64,000 nucleotides of DNA from positions 96,001 to 160,000 of the forward strand of contig CAWJBB010000030.1 in the NCBI GenBank assembly GCA_963840855.1, given 5' to 3'. Shown here one piece after another: positions 1-10,073 of the stretch; within the stretch, counting starts at the first letter, position 1, and every line of letters starts with the position of its first letter. The notes beneath the pieces are model-generated. The model was given only the letters and a program-made list of their open reading frames with translations. It had not been told where the DNA came from and did no database searches. This DNA is from an uncultured delta proteobacterium. Its GTDB lineage: Bacteria > Desulfobacterota > Binatia > UBA9968. Position numbers and translations under genes: made by a program.

Positions 1-82
1 TGTTTGGTAGCCCGCTCACTACGAGTTTCATTCCCGCATCCTCACTCTGTCATGCGTTTAGCTCGCGCATGAATAAACCCAG

Positions 83-817
83 TTAGAGATATTGCAGCGC
101 CCTGCGCGCTACTTCGATGGTTTTCTGCTCCGCTGCGAGAAAGACCGGATCGCGAAAGCCGAATTTACCATGTAGACATTCATCGGAAACCGCGAGCACC
201 GCGCCGGCTTTCTTGCCTCGCACCTGGGCGACGGTCAGAAACGTCGACGTGACCATGTCGATGCTCGAAACATGCTGCTCGTTCAGTTGCCGGATCAATT
301 CCGGCGTCTCTTGAAATAAGGCGTCGGTGGTGAAGATCCAACCGAGATGGCAGCGTACGCCGAGACTCTCCGCCGCCTGTTTCAAGGCGTTGACAATATC
401 AGGGTGAGCCAGGGTCGAGAAGCTTTCCGCGACGTAATAACGCGACGTACCATCGCCGCGCAGCGCGCCGGTGACGATTACCAAATCGCCGATTACAACG
501 TACTCTTGCAACGAGCCGCAGCTACCGATGCGGATCAGCGACTCTGCTCCGGCGCCGCATAGAATCTCCGTGGTGATTGCCGTGTCGGGAGCGTAGCGGC
601 CGCCGTTGCCGACTGTTACCCGTTTTCCATCCAGGTTCCCGGTATGCATTTCATAGTCTAAAAACGTGAAGTTCCTTTGCGGATTGTCCACGGTTTTCAA
701 AATTAGATCGCTGCGTTCCTTAGGACCGGGAATCAACGCGTATGGACCAAGTGAGTCCTGTTTGAGCCCCAGCATATTTAACATGCGCTGCGCTGTAAAA
801 TGAGGTTCCTTTAGCAT
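83..817 (-). CDS. Nucleoside phosphorylase (PNP/UDP family)
   Basis: Motifs LIPGPKER, LIRIGSCGSL, GDGTSRYY, TTDALFQE, SIDMV, VLAVSD. ATG at 817 lies 2 nt after the upstream stop codon. Confidence 0.85.
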   Translation of the reverse strand: MLKEPHFTAQRMLNMLGLKQDSLGPYALIPGPKERSDLILKTVDNPQRNFTFLDYEMHTGNLDGKRVTVGNGGRYAPDTAITTEILCGAGAESLIRIGSCGSLQEYVVIGDLVIVTGALRGDGTSRYYVAESFSTLAHPDIVNALKQAAESLGVRCHLGWIFTTDALFQETPELIRQLNEQHVSSIDMVTSTFLTVAQVRGKKAGAVLAVSDECLHGKFGFRDPVFLAAEQKTIEVARRALQYL

Positions 818-819
818 GA

Positions 820-2045
820 TTAGAGGGCCTGAACGGCGAACTCGAGCAAGTCTTGGGTCGGTAGGCCGAGTTCTTGGCAATCGTTGAAGCTGCGCTGGCA
901 GAGCGCGCTCGAAGCCAGTAATAATTCAGCGCCGCTCCGCTTGGCTTCCTGCAATCGGTCCGCGGCACTCCATTGGGCCAATTCCGGATCGGCCTCGGGG
1001 ACCCCACCACCGCCGCCGCAACACCAGGCCCAGCGGCGGTTTCGTCCCATCTCGACCAGTTTGACGCCAGGAATCGCGCGGATGATCTCTCGCGGCGGAT
1101 CGTAAACACCGCAGCCCCTGCCGAGGTGACAAGAGTCATGGTAGGTTACCGTCATGCTCACTGCTTTAGTGAAGCTAACGCGCCCCGCGCGCAGGAGATT
1201 TGCGACATGCTCGACGCCGTGAATGATTTCGGCACCCAACTCCGGCTGCTTGGCATGTTCGCGCCAAGCGCGCAGGCAACTACCGCAGGCGACGACTATA
1301 TTTTTGACGCCCGATTGCTTTGATCGTCGCAATATTGTCTTTCTGCAACCGGTCATATTCACGGCGAAAGCCGAGATCATGGGCAAAAAGACCGCAACAC
1401 TTTTCATCGGCGCCGAGAATCGCGAAGTCGTCGCCGGCCCGTTGCATAAGCCGCGCCAACGCCACGGCGCCGCCGCGCCCGCTCGGCCGGTCGGCCGAAC
1501 AACCGGCGAACAGCAAAGTCTTGCGCGGTTGCAGAACCAAGTTTCTTTAATCCCAACCCCTCAGCCCACCCGCCGCGCAACGCTTTGATCTGGCCCCAGG
1601 GATTGTCGTGTTGGTTGAGCCCTTCGTAATGCGAACGGTGCGCTTCGATGGGTCCGTCTTTTTCCGTGATCTCCTCGCGCATGGCGACGGTGATTTCCCA
1701 GGGCCCGTAGCCATCGTCGCGCACGCCGCATAGCTCCTGGCACATGAGACAGTTGGTGCAGGCGTAAATGACCTCTTTGAGTTCCGGCGTGATCGGATCA
1801 AGGCCATGAAAGACGCGCTGGGCCATGAGCCAACGTGACTTCGGCGTATGGCGCTGAAAGCGGTAAAACTCGTAGGGCGGACACTTTTCTTTGGGCCCGG
1901 GAAGGTCCTCCATCGGATTGGCCGGACCATGGCCGTAGCATGACCCGCACAGAACGCAGCCCGCGCTGCGCTCTTCGAGCCCTTTGGCATAAAGCCATCT
2001 CTTGACTCGTTCGAGACCTATCGGTTTCTTGTCTTCAGTTTTCAC
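820..2045 (-). CDS. HdrD/GlpC-like Fe-S oxidoreductase with CCG domains (split by about 2 frameshifts)
   Basis: CVLCGSC..CP and CTNCLMCQELC ferredoxin motifs, then FAGC, EKCCG, ACGSC, YHDSCHLGR and WCCGGGGG spread over ORFs 1404-2045, 1280-1540 and 820-1407. Confidence 0.85.
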
Positions 2046-2062
2046 GATGCTACAGCAAGAAT

Positions 2063-2078
2063 AGTTAATGTGTTAACT
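2063..2078. promoter_or_regulatory. AT-rich palindrome, candidate MarR operator
   Basis: AGTTAA-TGTG-TTAACT is a perfect inverted repeat about 18 nt upstream of the Fe-S gene start and just downstream of the MarR gene. Confidence 0.5.
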
Positions 2079-2124
2079 TTATAACCTAAAAACATCTGCT
2101 CAACAAACATCGCCAAGGGATATT

Positions 2125-2625
2125 TCAGGAGTCTTGTTTGAGCTTGCGTAGGAGCGCGGAGAGTTCTTTTTGCTGCGCCTTGTCGAGGTTAGTGAAAATC
2201 CCGGAAATGCTTTTTTCAAATAGCGGGATGGCATTCTTAAAAAGCTTAGCGCCTTTGTCGGTTAACACCACATGCACGACGCGGCGGTCATGCTCATCGC
2301 GTTCGCGCAAAACCAGCTTTTTCTCTGCCAAGCGGTCGACGATGCCGGTCAAGTTGCTCACCGTCACCATCATTTTCGCGCCAATTTCTCCGAATGGAAG
2401 GCGGCCGGCATAGCCGATGGTCGCGAGCACGTAAAACTGCGGTGGAGTAAGACCCTGCTTTTCCAGATCAGCTTCCAACTTTTTGTGCGATTGCAGATTG
2501 AAGCGCAGAAAGCGTACCCATAAACTGGTGGTATAGGACGAAAAGAAGGGCCGCTTGTAAACTACCACGGCGCTCACTCTATTCGCGCCGTCGGGAAAAA
2601 TCAACTCGGTCTTTCTCACTTTCAC
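2125..2625 (-). CDS. MarR family transcriptional regulator
   Basis: GLTPPQFYVL, NLTGIVDRL, DRRVVHVVLTDKG winged-helix signature. Confidence 0.9.
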   Translation of the reverse strand: MKVRKTELIFPDGANRVSAVVVYKRPFFSSYTTSLWVRFLRFNLQSHKKLEADLEKQGLTPPQFYVLATIGYAGRLPFGEIGAKMMVTVSNLTGIVDRLAEKKLVLRERDEHDRRVVHVVLTDKGAKLFKNAIPLFEKSISGIFTNLDKAQQKELSALLRKLKQDS

Positions 2626-2708
2626 TCGTAGTCGAGCGGTCGATTCAAGTTTGCAAGCGTCTTACCACGGTGTTACCTGAAATTATTTCTGGCCGTGAGG
2701 AGCGAAAC

Positions 2709-3431
2709 ATGAAATTACATATTCTCGGCTGCGGCGACGCCTTCGGCAGCGGCGGGCGCAATCACAGCGGTTATCTCGTCGAGGCCGACCAGCGGATTTT
2801 TCTTTTGGACTGTGGTCCGACGACGCTGCCGGCTATGAAGCGGGCAGGTTTCGATCCGCTCGGCCTCGATGCGATCTTTCTAAGCCATCTCCACGGCGAC
2901 CACTTCGGCGGTATTCCCTTTTTCTTTGTCGACTACCTATATCAGCGCTCGCGCAGCCAGCCGCTGCACATCGCTGGCCCCGCCGGCACTGAGGAAAAAG
3001 TCAGCGATCTCTTCCGGCTAATGTACGGCGCAAGAGACTTGCCACCGGTGGAATTTCACCTCTTGGAGCCGGAAAAGCTTGCGCTGGTCGCGGGCATTGA
3101 GGTTTTTCCCTTCCGCGTGCCGCATCAGATGAGCGATATCTCCTTGGCGCTCAAGGCCAGCTACGGCGGAAAGCAAATTCTGTTCTCCGGCGACTCGGCC
3201 TGGACGGAGCGCTTCATTAACGAGGCCCGCGGCGTGGATTTGTTTCTCTGCGAGTGCTCGTTTTACGATCAGGGCGCCGGCAATCACATCCGCTATCTCA
3301 CGTTAAGGGAGAATCTACCGCGGCTTGAATGCAAGCGTCTCATCCTGACTCACTTGGGGGAAGAAATGCTCGCCCGCCGAAATGAATTGGCAGTGGTCTG
3401 CGCTGAGGATGGGATGGTGATCAATCTCTAA
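2709..3431 (+). CDS. MBL-fold metallo-hydrolase (RNase Z-like)
   Basis: LGCGDAFGSGGR, SHLHGDH (HxHxDH), FSGD, LTHLG. RBS GAGGAG precedes ATG 2709. Confidence 0.9.
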   Translation: MKLHILGCGDAFGSGGRNHSGYLVEADQRIFLLDCGPTTLPAMKRAGFDPLGLDAIFLSHLHGDHFGGIPFFFVDYLYQRSRSQPLHIAGPAGTEEKVSDLFRLMYGARDLPPVEFHLLEPEKLALVAGIEVFPFRVPHQMSDISLALKASYGGKQILFSGDSAWTERFINEARGVDLFLCECSFYDQGAGNHIRYLTLRENLPRLECKRLILTHLGEEMLARRNELAVVCAEDGMVINL

Positions 3432-3473
3432 ATCGGGCAGTTTGAATTTGGGAATGGTCACGAAATCTCGTAA

Positions 3474-3511
3474 ATTCGGGTTCAAACTTCGAAGCTTTGA
3501 ACTCTGAACTC
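3474..3511. repeat. GTTCAA/TTGAAC-type hairpin element
   Basis: GGGTTCAAA-CTTCGAAG-C-TTTGAACTC-TGAACT downstream of the MBL stop codon. Confidence 0.45.
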
Positions 3512-3934
3512 GTATCTCGATGGACCACGGCTCAGCCTTCGACTAACCCTGCGATAGTTTGCGCTGCTCTTCGATGGGTCAATTTCTCCGCAATCTCGGC
3601 TTTTCTAAACTATTGAAATAAATAAGTTTTGCTGGCTAATTTAGAATGTATTTTTACCCACGGGAGAATTGCGAACAAGTCTTCAGCGAAGAAAGTTTGG
3701 CTTAAAATAGCAGGAACGCATCCCACACCCTACCTATGTTCCAATTCCCACCTGACTGCTACTTCGCCGCACATCTTACTTTTTTGTTTAGAGTCTGAGA
3801 ATCTAATTGCTCTGTATATAAAAATAAAACCTCTTTTTAGTTTAATTGTCAAAAACTTGTCATTTTTTTCTTGTCGGGAGGATACCTACTATGTTATAGA
3901 ATGCCGTTAATTGACGATAGGAGTGTGATTTGCC

Positions 3935-4309
3935 ATGTACGATGATTTTCTGGCTAGAATCCTTGAGCCGGATGTTTTCTTACCGTCCCAATTTTATGGA
4001 ACCGGCAGTTTATCCCGGCAGCTTGAAGGTGAAAAGCGGCTCATGATCGCAATCCTTAAAGACGCGGTGGAGTGCCTTGACAAATATCGGGGCGCTCGAA
4101 GCAGCTCGGGCCGAAGCCACTACCTCAATGCGTTGGAATGGGTCCAGGATAGGAGCACCGATTGGCTATTTTCATTTACTAATATCTGCGACCTTTTGGG
4201 GTTCGATCCAGATTATATGCGCGAAGTGCTTCTGAAGCGGGAGAACAAATATGTTAGGCCCGCGCCCGGCACGTTCGTTTCCTACGCTGCCGTTAGCGAG
4301 CAACGCTAG
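3935..4309 (+). CDS. Small hypothetical protein (EPD..LPSQF..EKRLM..FSFxNIC..LG.D.DY type)
   Basis: RBS AGGAG, 124 aa, helical composition. Preceded by an AT-rich tract at about 3600-3930. Confidence 0.75.
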   Translation: MYDDFLARILEPDVFLPSQFYGTGSLSRQLEGEKRLMIAILKDAVECLDKYRGARSSSGRSHYLNALEWVQDRSTDWLFSFTNICDLLGFDPDYMREVLLKRENKYVRPAPGTFVSYAAVSEQR

Positions 4310-4312
4310 GCT

Positions 4313-5734
4313 TTATTTTCGTCTCGCCCTCAGTGATTTCAGTTCTTCTCTGATCAATTGGCCCCGAGGCGAATTGGCGCCAACGATTTTCGCGGCTTTT
4401 TCAAAGGCCGCAAACGCCCTTTCATCTTCGTCCTGTAATAATAACGACCGGCCGAGATAGTAATAAGCATCGCCGAGCCGGTCGAGCTTTCCGTAGACGA
4501 CCCCCAAGTGGTACGGCGGCTTGTCCCAAAGGGGTGAAAGGTTGTGAGCGTTTTGATACGCGCCCGCCGCGCTGCGAAAGTCATTTCGTTTCTCATGGAG
4601 CTCGCCGAGATAGAGGTAGGTTAATGGCTCTTTGGGTTGGAGTTCTAAGGAGCGGAGCAATGTTGCCTCGGCTCCATCGGTGTTGCCCAGTTGCGTATAT
4701 AACCTTCCCAAATCGCGAAGCAGCGCCGGGTTATCGGGGCTGAGTTTTCGTGCCTGCTCGTAGCTCTGCTGGGCCTGGGTCAATTGCCCCCTAAGGTGTC
4801 TGGCAAAACCAAGCAGATACAAAACCTCGGCGCTGTTCGGCTTTTCGGCGGCAAGCTTTTCATATGCCGCAAGCGCGGCGGCGCCATCACTACGATCCAT
4901 CTTAAGGATAATCTGGATTTTCTTGAGCGGGTCAGGCTCTTCGACACTGCCGACCGGATTCCCGAGCGAACGGATCACTTGCTGCATGTTGGCGACCCGT
5001 TCGCTGGTTACGGGATGGGTCATCAAATAGGCGGGTACGTCAATAGGGTTTAGTGCGCGCTCCTCGTCCAATGTTTTTAGGAACCCGAGGGCGCCATTGG
5101 GATCAAAACCCGCTGACGCCATGTATCTGGCTCCCAGGGTATCCGCTTCCAGTTCAAGCTGGCGGCTGTAGGCGATCTGTCTTGTGGCTGATATGGCCTG
5201 GCCTACGGCTCCCGCGGCTTGAGCGCCCGAGCCACTGCGCGCAAGCAAGATCATGCCAATCAGGCTCAGTACGGAGATCGCATCGGGACCCGATGAGCGG
5301 GCCATATGGCGGCCCTTGATGTGGATTATTTCGTGGCCCAGCACACCGGCGATTTCGGAAGTCGTTTTCGCTCTCTCGATGAGGCCCGAATAGAAATAGA
5401 TAGATCCGCCGGGCACCGCAAAGGCGTTGAGTTGGCTATCCTCAACGACGAAAAACCGATAGTCGTACGGCAGCGGACCGCTTACTGACAGGATGCGCTG
5501 TCCGAGCCGGTCGATGTAGCGCTCAACTTCCGGGTGGGTTACGAACTTGAAATGTTTTTTCGCTTCACGGCGAAATTCTCTGCTGATTCTTACCTCCTCG
5601 TCTTCGGTGGGCGGACTCACCGAGGGGAGCATGGAGGATAGCCGCGAAGCGCAACTGGCCGAAAAAAAACTGGCAAGCACGAACCAGGCGCAAACAACCC
5701 GCCAGGCGAGTTTTCCTGCGCTCCGCGTAATCAT
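4313..5734 (-). CDS. M48 family zinc metalloprotease with TPRs (BepA/YfgC-like)
   Basis: NAFAVPGG, GHEIIH (HExxH), ELEAD, MTHP and C-terminal TPR repeats. Hydrophobic N-terminus with a possible lipobox (SASC). Confidence 0.9.
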   Translation of the reverse strand: MITRSAGKLAWRVVCAWFVLASFFSASCASRLSSMLPSVSPPTEDEEVRISREFRREAKKHFKFVTHPEVERYIDRLGQRILSVSGPLPYDYRFFVVEDSQLNAFAVPGGSIYFYSGLIERAKTTSEIAGVLGHEIIHIKGRHMARSSGPDAISVLSLIGMILLARSGSGAQAAGAVGQAISATRQIAYSRQLELEADTLGARYMASAGFDPNGALGFLKTLDEERALNPIDVPAYLMTHPVTSERVANMQQVIRSLGNPVGSVEEPDPLKKIQIILKMDRSDGAAALAAYEKLAAEKPNSAEVLYLLGFARHLRGQLTQAQQSYEQARKLSPDNPALLRDLGRLYTQLGNTDGAEATLLRSLELQPKEPLTYLYLGELHEKRNDFRSAAGAYQNAHNLSPLWDKPPYHLGVVYGKLDRLGDAYYYLGRSLLLQDEDERAFAAFEKAAKIVGANSPRGQLIREELKSLRARRK

Positions 5735-5740
5735 TGTTGG

Positions 5741-5769
5741 AGTATATGGAGCTGATGATGCGCATTCAA
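5741..5769 (-). promoter_or_regulatory. sigma70-type promoter, probably leaderless transcript
   Basis: Minus strand reads TTGAAT-17 nt-TATACT-6 nt-ATG (5734). Confidence 0.55.
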
Positions 5770-5833
5770 TACCGATTTTCCCCCATTGCTTGAACCTGAG
5801 GGACAGCCTGAAGCAAGGCTTGGAGTGGGGAAA

Positions 5834-5925
5834 GTTCGGTTCAACGTTCAAAGTTAGGGACATCAGTCTAGCCGTTCAATAGAAGCCTCAGCTTACGATG
5901 AACATTGAACCTTGAAATTTGAACT
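5834..5925. repeat. Hairpin of inverted 7-nt tandem repeats
   Basis: Left arm GTTCG GTTCAAC GTTCAAA GTT; right arm TGAACAT TGAACCT TGAAATT TGAACT. Confidence 0.7.
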
Positions 5926-6000
5926 GCCGACAGGCAGCGGTTGACGGCGGCGCGGCCAGCTCCTATTCTCGCGATTGATTATCAGCATGAGGTGCCAACG

Positions 6001-7971
6001 ATGGCGGAAAAATACCAAGTTCCCGTAGAACATCTTTACTGGCGCTGCGACTTATCCTTCCTGCCCTTCAGCTGCACGGCGGATATGACGCCGCTCGAGG
6101 ATTTCATCGGCCAGGAACGAGCGATGCGCGCCATCGAGTTCGGCCTCGGTGTCGACAAGCCCGGGTTCAATATTTTTGTCACCGGCCTGACCGGCACGGG
6201 AAAAACCAGCATCATCAAAGCGTTTCTCAAAAGGATAACGAGCGAACGCGGCGTGCCGGCCGACGACGCCGCGCTGCCGGAAGATTGGTGTTACGTCTAC
6301 AATTTCACCGATCCGGACCGGCCTCGGGCGTTAAGGACCCGCCGCGGCTGGGGCAAGATGCTCAAAGCGGACATGGAGCAACTGGTTCAATACCTGCAGC
6401 GCGAAGCCAAGAAAATGTTCGAGAGCGACGAATTCGCGAGCCACCGCCAGGCAATGATCGAGGAGCTGCAAAAAAAACAGCAGGAGATGATGGAAACTTT
6501 GATGGCGGAGGCGAACCGCGGCGGTTTTTTCTTGAGGATGACGCCCTCGGGCGTCGTCCTGTTGCCGACCAAGGACGGCAAGCCGATGCAGGAAGGCGAG
6601 TATCTCGCCTTGTCGGCCCAAGAAAAAAAGCAATTGGAAGAAAAGCGTGGCGAGATCGAAAAGCGGGTGGAGGAAGCCTTGCGCGAAGGCAAAAAGCTAG
6701 AGCGGGAAATTTCCGAGCGTCTGGATGAGCTTGAAAAACAGGCGGGCGAATATCTCGCGCGCATCCCTTTCTCGGAGCTAAAAGAAAAGTACGCGGATTA
6801 CGGCGGAGTGCTGAAGCATCTCGACGATGTGCGCGCTCATGTCCTAAAGAATTTGCAGAAGTTCAAAGGCGGCGAAGTGGCGGCGACGCCAATGCTGGTG
6901 CCCATGCCAATGGCTGCCGAGCCGGCGACTGATCCCTTTTTGCCGTACCGCGTGAATGTCTTCGTCGATAACAGCGGCACGCAAGGGCCGCCCATCGTCG
7001 TCGAGACCAACCCGAATTATCACAACCTTTTCGGCGTAGTGGAAAAAAAGCCCATCGTCGGCGGTTACATCACCGACTTCACGCTGATCAAAGCCGGCTC
7101 CATCAGCCGGGCCAACGGCGGTTACCTGGTGCTCTATGACCGCGATGTGCTCGCCAACACAGGGGTGTGGGAAGCGCTGCAGCGGGTGATTAAGAACCGC
7201 GAACTGCGCATCGAAGAACCGGCGGCGTTTTTCGGCTGGGCGCCGCCCCAGGGACTGCGCCCCGAGCCGATCCCAACCGACAGCAAGATTATCATGATCG
7301 GCGACCCAAACCTCTACCGCACGCTGGCCACGGCGGACCCTGATTTTCGCGAGACTTTCAAAGTCAAAGCGGATTTCAATTTTGAGGCCGACCGGTCGCA
7401 GGAAAACATCACTGCCTTCGCTTGTTTCATCGGCGATTATTGCAATCGGGAAAAGCTCCGCCATTTCGATGGAAGCGGCGTTGCCCGGGTCATCGAGGAC
7501 TGCGCGCGGCGCGTCGATGACCAACACAAACTCTCCACTCGCTTTAGCGATATGGCCGATCTGCTCATCGAATGCGATTATTGGGCGGGCCGGGAGAACG
7601 CCGAACTCGTCACGGCAAAACATGTCGAACGAGCCATTGAGGAAAAGATTTTCCGGCTGAATTTGATTGAAAAACGTTTGCAAGAAATGATCGTTGAGGG
7701 GACGTTGCTGGTGGATGTCGACGGCGCGGTAGTCGGACAGGTCAACGGTTTGGCGGTCTACCAGCTGGGCGATTTCAGTTTCGGTAAACCGTCACGCATC
7801 ACGGCTAGGACTTTCATGGGACGTGGTGGCATCGTCAACATCGAGCGGGAGTCTAAACTCAGCGGCAAATCGCACGATAAAGGCGTATTAATTTTATCCG
7901 GTTATCTGGGCGGCAAATTCGCCCAACAACACCCACTGTCGCGACGAGGGCGATGTATAGTTCAACGTTGA
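6001..7971 (+). CDS. LonB/YcbZ-like AAA ATPase, S16 protease domain truncated
   Basis: IGQERA, Walker A GLTGTGKT, RANGGYL, VGQVNGL, SHDKGVLILSGYL. The sequence diverges right after QHPLS and lacks the FEQ..GDSAS catalytic segment. Confidence 0.85.
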   Translation: MAEKYQVPVEHLYWRCDLSFLPFSCTADMTPLEDFIGQERAMRAIEFGLGVDKPGFNIFVTGLTGTGKTSIIKAFLKRITSERGVPADDAALPEDWCYVYNFTDPDRPRALRTRRGWGKMLKADMEQLVQYLQREAKKMFESDEFASHRQAMIEELQKKQQEMMETLMAEANRGGFFLRMTPSGVVLLPTKDGKPMQEGEYLALSAQEKKQLEEKRGEIEKRVEEALREGKKLEREISERLDELEKQAGEYLARIPFSELKEKYADYGGVLKHLDDVRAHVLKNLQKFKGGEVAATPMLVPMPMAAEPATDPFLPYRVNVFVDNSGTQGPPIVVETNPNYHNLFGVVEKKPIVGGYITDFTLIKAGSISRANGGYLVLYDRDVLANTGVWEALQRVIKNRELRIEEPAAFFGWAPPQGLRPEPIPTDSKIIMIGDPNLYRTLATADPDFRETFKVKADFNFEADRSQENITAFACFIGDYCNREKLRHFDGSGVARVIEDCARRVDDQHKLSTRFSDMADLLIECDYWAGRENAELVTAKHVERAIEEKIFRLNLIEKRLQEMIVEGTLLVDVDGAVVGQVNGLAVYQLGDFSFGKPSRITARTFMGRGGIVNIERESKLSGKSHDKGVLILSGYLGGKFAQQHPLSRRGRCIVQR

Positions 7972-8012
7972 AGTAATTAAGGGGACTGTCCCCCTTCCGT
8001 GAACATTGAACC
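7960..8012. repeat. GTTCAA/TTGAAC hairpin element enclosing a GGGGACTGTCCCC palindrome
   Basis: GTTCAACGTTGAA..GGGGACTGTCCCC..TGAACATTGAACC between convergent genes. Confidence 0.55.
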
Positions 8013-8020
8013 AGAAAGCG

Positions 8021-9103
8021 CTAACTTTCTCTCGCCTTGGTGGACTCCGGTTTGCTCCCCAGGGGTACGGATAGTTGCAGGGTCTTGCCGTCACGCAGAA
8101 TCGTCAGTTTGACGATGCGTCCCGCTTCCAATCCGCTGATCATACGGCTCACGTCACGCGGGCTATCGACTTGGGCATCGTTGACGGTCAAGATGATATC
8201 TTTTTTCAGCAGGCCTCCTCGTTCCGCCGGTTGACCGCGCAGCACTGAATGTACCAAAACACCTTTCACCGGTGACAGACCCAAAGTTTTGGCATCCTCT
8301 ACGGATACCTCGGTGGTCTGCACGCCCAGCCAGCCCCAGGTCAATTTATCGCCGCTCAGCAGCCGCGGGATGAGTCGTTTGATCACGTTGATCGGCGTGG
8401 CGAATCCCAAGTTGCCACGTTCCGAAGCCATGGTGATCATGCCGATAACATGCCCCTTGCTGTTCAACAACGGGCCGCCGCTACCGCCAGCGTAGGCACC
8501 CGCATCGGTTTGGATGAATTCATAGCTCGCGGAATCGGGAAAGCTCCGGCCTGGGCGGCCGATCACCCCCAGATTCATTGAGCTTTCACGCCCAAAGGGA
8601 TAACCGAAAACGATCGCTAGATTGCCAACGCGGTTGCTGTTCGAGTCGCCTAGAAATACGACCGGCAGCGGGCGACCCGCCGAGATCTTCAGTATCGCCA
8701 AATCGGCATGGGCGTTCGTCGCGATGACGCGCGCGGGGAGACGTTCGCCGTCCGCGAGCCGAAGTTCGACCTCTAGGGCTTTGTCGATCACATGCTGGGC
8801 CGTAAGAACATATCCTTCCGGGTCGATTATGAAACCAGACCCACGACTTTGCGTCCTGGCCCCATCGGCGGGCGCCTTGTCGTTTTCAAACCTGGTGACG
8901 CGAATCTGAACGATGGCCGGACGCACGCCGTTGGCGAGTTGAGTAAAGGCGCGACTTAAGCGGTCAAGCTCGCTATCGGTCTCGGTGGCCGGCGCGTCGC
9001 GCCAGATCGTCCCGGGAGCTTTACTTAGGAGATCGTTGGATTGTGCCGGCGCTCCCAACATTAGGAAACCCAGCAGCGACAGGATTGTCATCGTCTTAAA
9101 CAT
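8021..9103 (-). CDS. HtrA/DegP-like serine protease with one PDZ domain
   Basis: Signal peptide, GSGFII, TAQHV (His), DLAILK (Asp), QTDA..GGSGGPL (Ser), GWLGV..PDZ. Confidence 0.9.
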   Translation of the reverse strand: MFKTMTILSLLGFLMLGAPAQSNDLLSKAPGTIWRDAPATETDSELDRLSRAFTQLANGVRPAIVQIRVTRFENDKAPADGARTQSRGSGFIIDPEGYVLTAQHVIDKALEVELRLADGERLPARVIATNAHADLAILKISAGRPLPVVFLGDSNSNRVGNLAIVFGYPFGRESSMNLGVIGRPGRSFPDSASYEFIQTDAGAYAGGSGGPLLNSKGHVIGMITMASERGNLGFATPINVIKRLIPRLLSGDKLTWGWLGVQTTEVSVEDAKTLGLSPVKGVLVHSVLRGQPAERGGLLKKDIILTVNDAQVDSPRDVSRMISGLEAGRIVKLTILRDGKTLQLSVPLGSKPESTKARES

Positions 9104-9231
9104 CGGTGTTGCCCTCCCCGACGATTTGCTGCACACCCCTTTATCCGAAACTCGGGTCGCGAACAAGATAGGCGCAAACGAAAAGCTAAACGGACGACGA
9201 TTTTGCGGGAGTGATATGTTATGGTGCGGAG

Positions 9232-10011
9232 GTGGCCGAGGGCGGGAAACGCTTAGTTCTCGTGACCGGTGGCAGCGGCGGCCTGGGCCGTGCTATGGCC
9301 TGGGCCTTCGCGCGCGCGGGATACGGCGTTGTCATCTGTGGACGAAACCAGAAAACACTGCAAACTACCGCCGAAGAGATCAGCCGGCTCGGAGGCAAAA
9401 TTCGTTATTTCCTCTGCGACGTTACGAGTAAAAATGAGGTGGAAGGCCTTGCCCGCGAGATTGGCCGGGAGTTGGGCACAGTGCAGGTACTGATCAACAA
9501 TGCCGGCATTGCGCGTGCCGCCAGCTTCTTGGAAATGCCCGACAGTTTGTGGGAGGAAATCCTTAAAACTAATCTCACCGGCGCTTATAATTGTAGCAAG
9601 GTATTTCTCGCCGGCATGATGCAATCGGGCTGGGGCCGCATCACTAATATCGCATCGACCACAGCCAAGGTCGGATACCCCTTTGTGACCGCCTACACCG
9701 CCTCGAAGCATGGCGTGTTGGGACTGACGCGGTCCTTGGCGCTGGAAACGGCGCGACGCGGCGTCACCGTGAACGCCATCTGTCCAGGCTACCTGAACGA
9801 CGAGCGGACTCGAGATAACGCCCGGCGCATGGCCGAACGAACTGGCAAAAAGGTCGAAGATATTCTTGCGCTCTTCGCCGCCAGCGCGCCACAAAACCGC
9901 TTGATCGAGCCTGAAGAAGTGGCCTCGTTGGCCTTGCTCCTGGCCGGTGAAAAAAGCGCCGGTATCACCGGACAAGGGATCAACATCGATGGTGGCGCGG
10001 TCATGGCTTGA
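9232..10011 (+). CDS. SDR family oxidoreductase
   Basis: TGGSGGLG, NNAG, YTASK, NAICPG. Start codon uncertain (GTG 9232 or 9211). Confidence 0.92.
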   Translation: MAEGGKRLVLVTGGSGGLGRAMAWAFARAGYGVVICGRNQKTLQTTAEEISRLGGKIRYFLCDVTSKNEVEGLAREIGRELGTVQVLINNAGIARAASFLEMPDSLWEEILKTNLTGAYNCSKVFLAGMMQSGWGRITNIASTTAKVGYPFVTAYTASKHGVLGLTRSLALETARRGVTVNAICPGYLNDERTRDNARRMAERTGKKVEDILALFAASAPQNRLIEPEEVASLALLLAGEKSAGITGQGINIDGGAVMA

Positions 10012-10073
10012 TTCTCTGGCGTGACATCGCCGATCTCCAGGAAACGCCGGTCTGAATCGCATAATTTACAGTA

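Noticed and set aside
1-31. Possible start of a minus-strand gene (MKLVVSGLPN)
   Set aside because: Too short at the window edge to support a call.
3629-3910. 93-aa ORF in the AT-rich tract
   Set aside because: TTG start, no RBS and atypical composition; more likely promoter DNA.
3600-3930. Possible replication origin
   Set aside because: I saw no DnaA-box cluster and there is no dnaA nearby.
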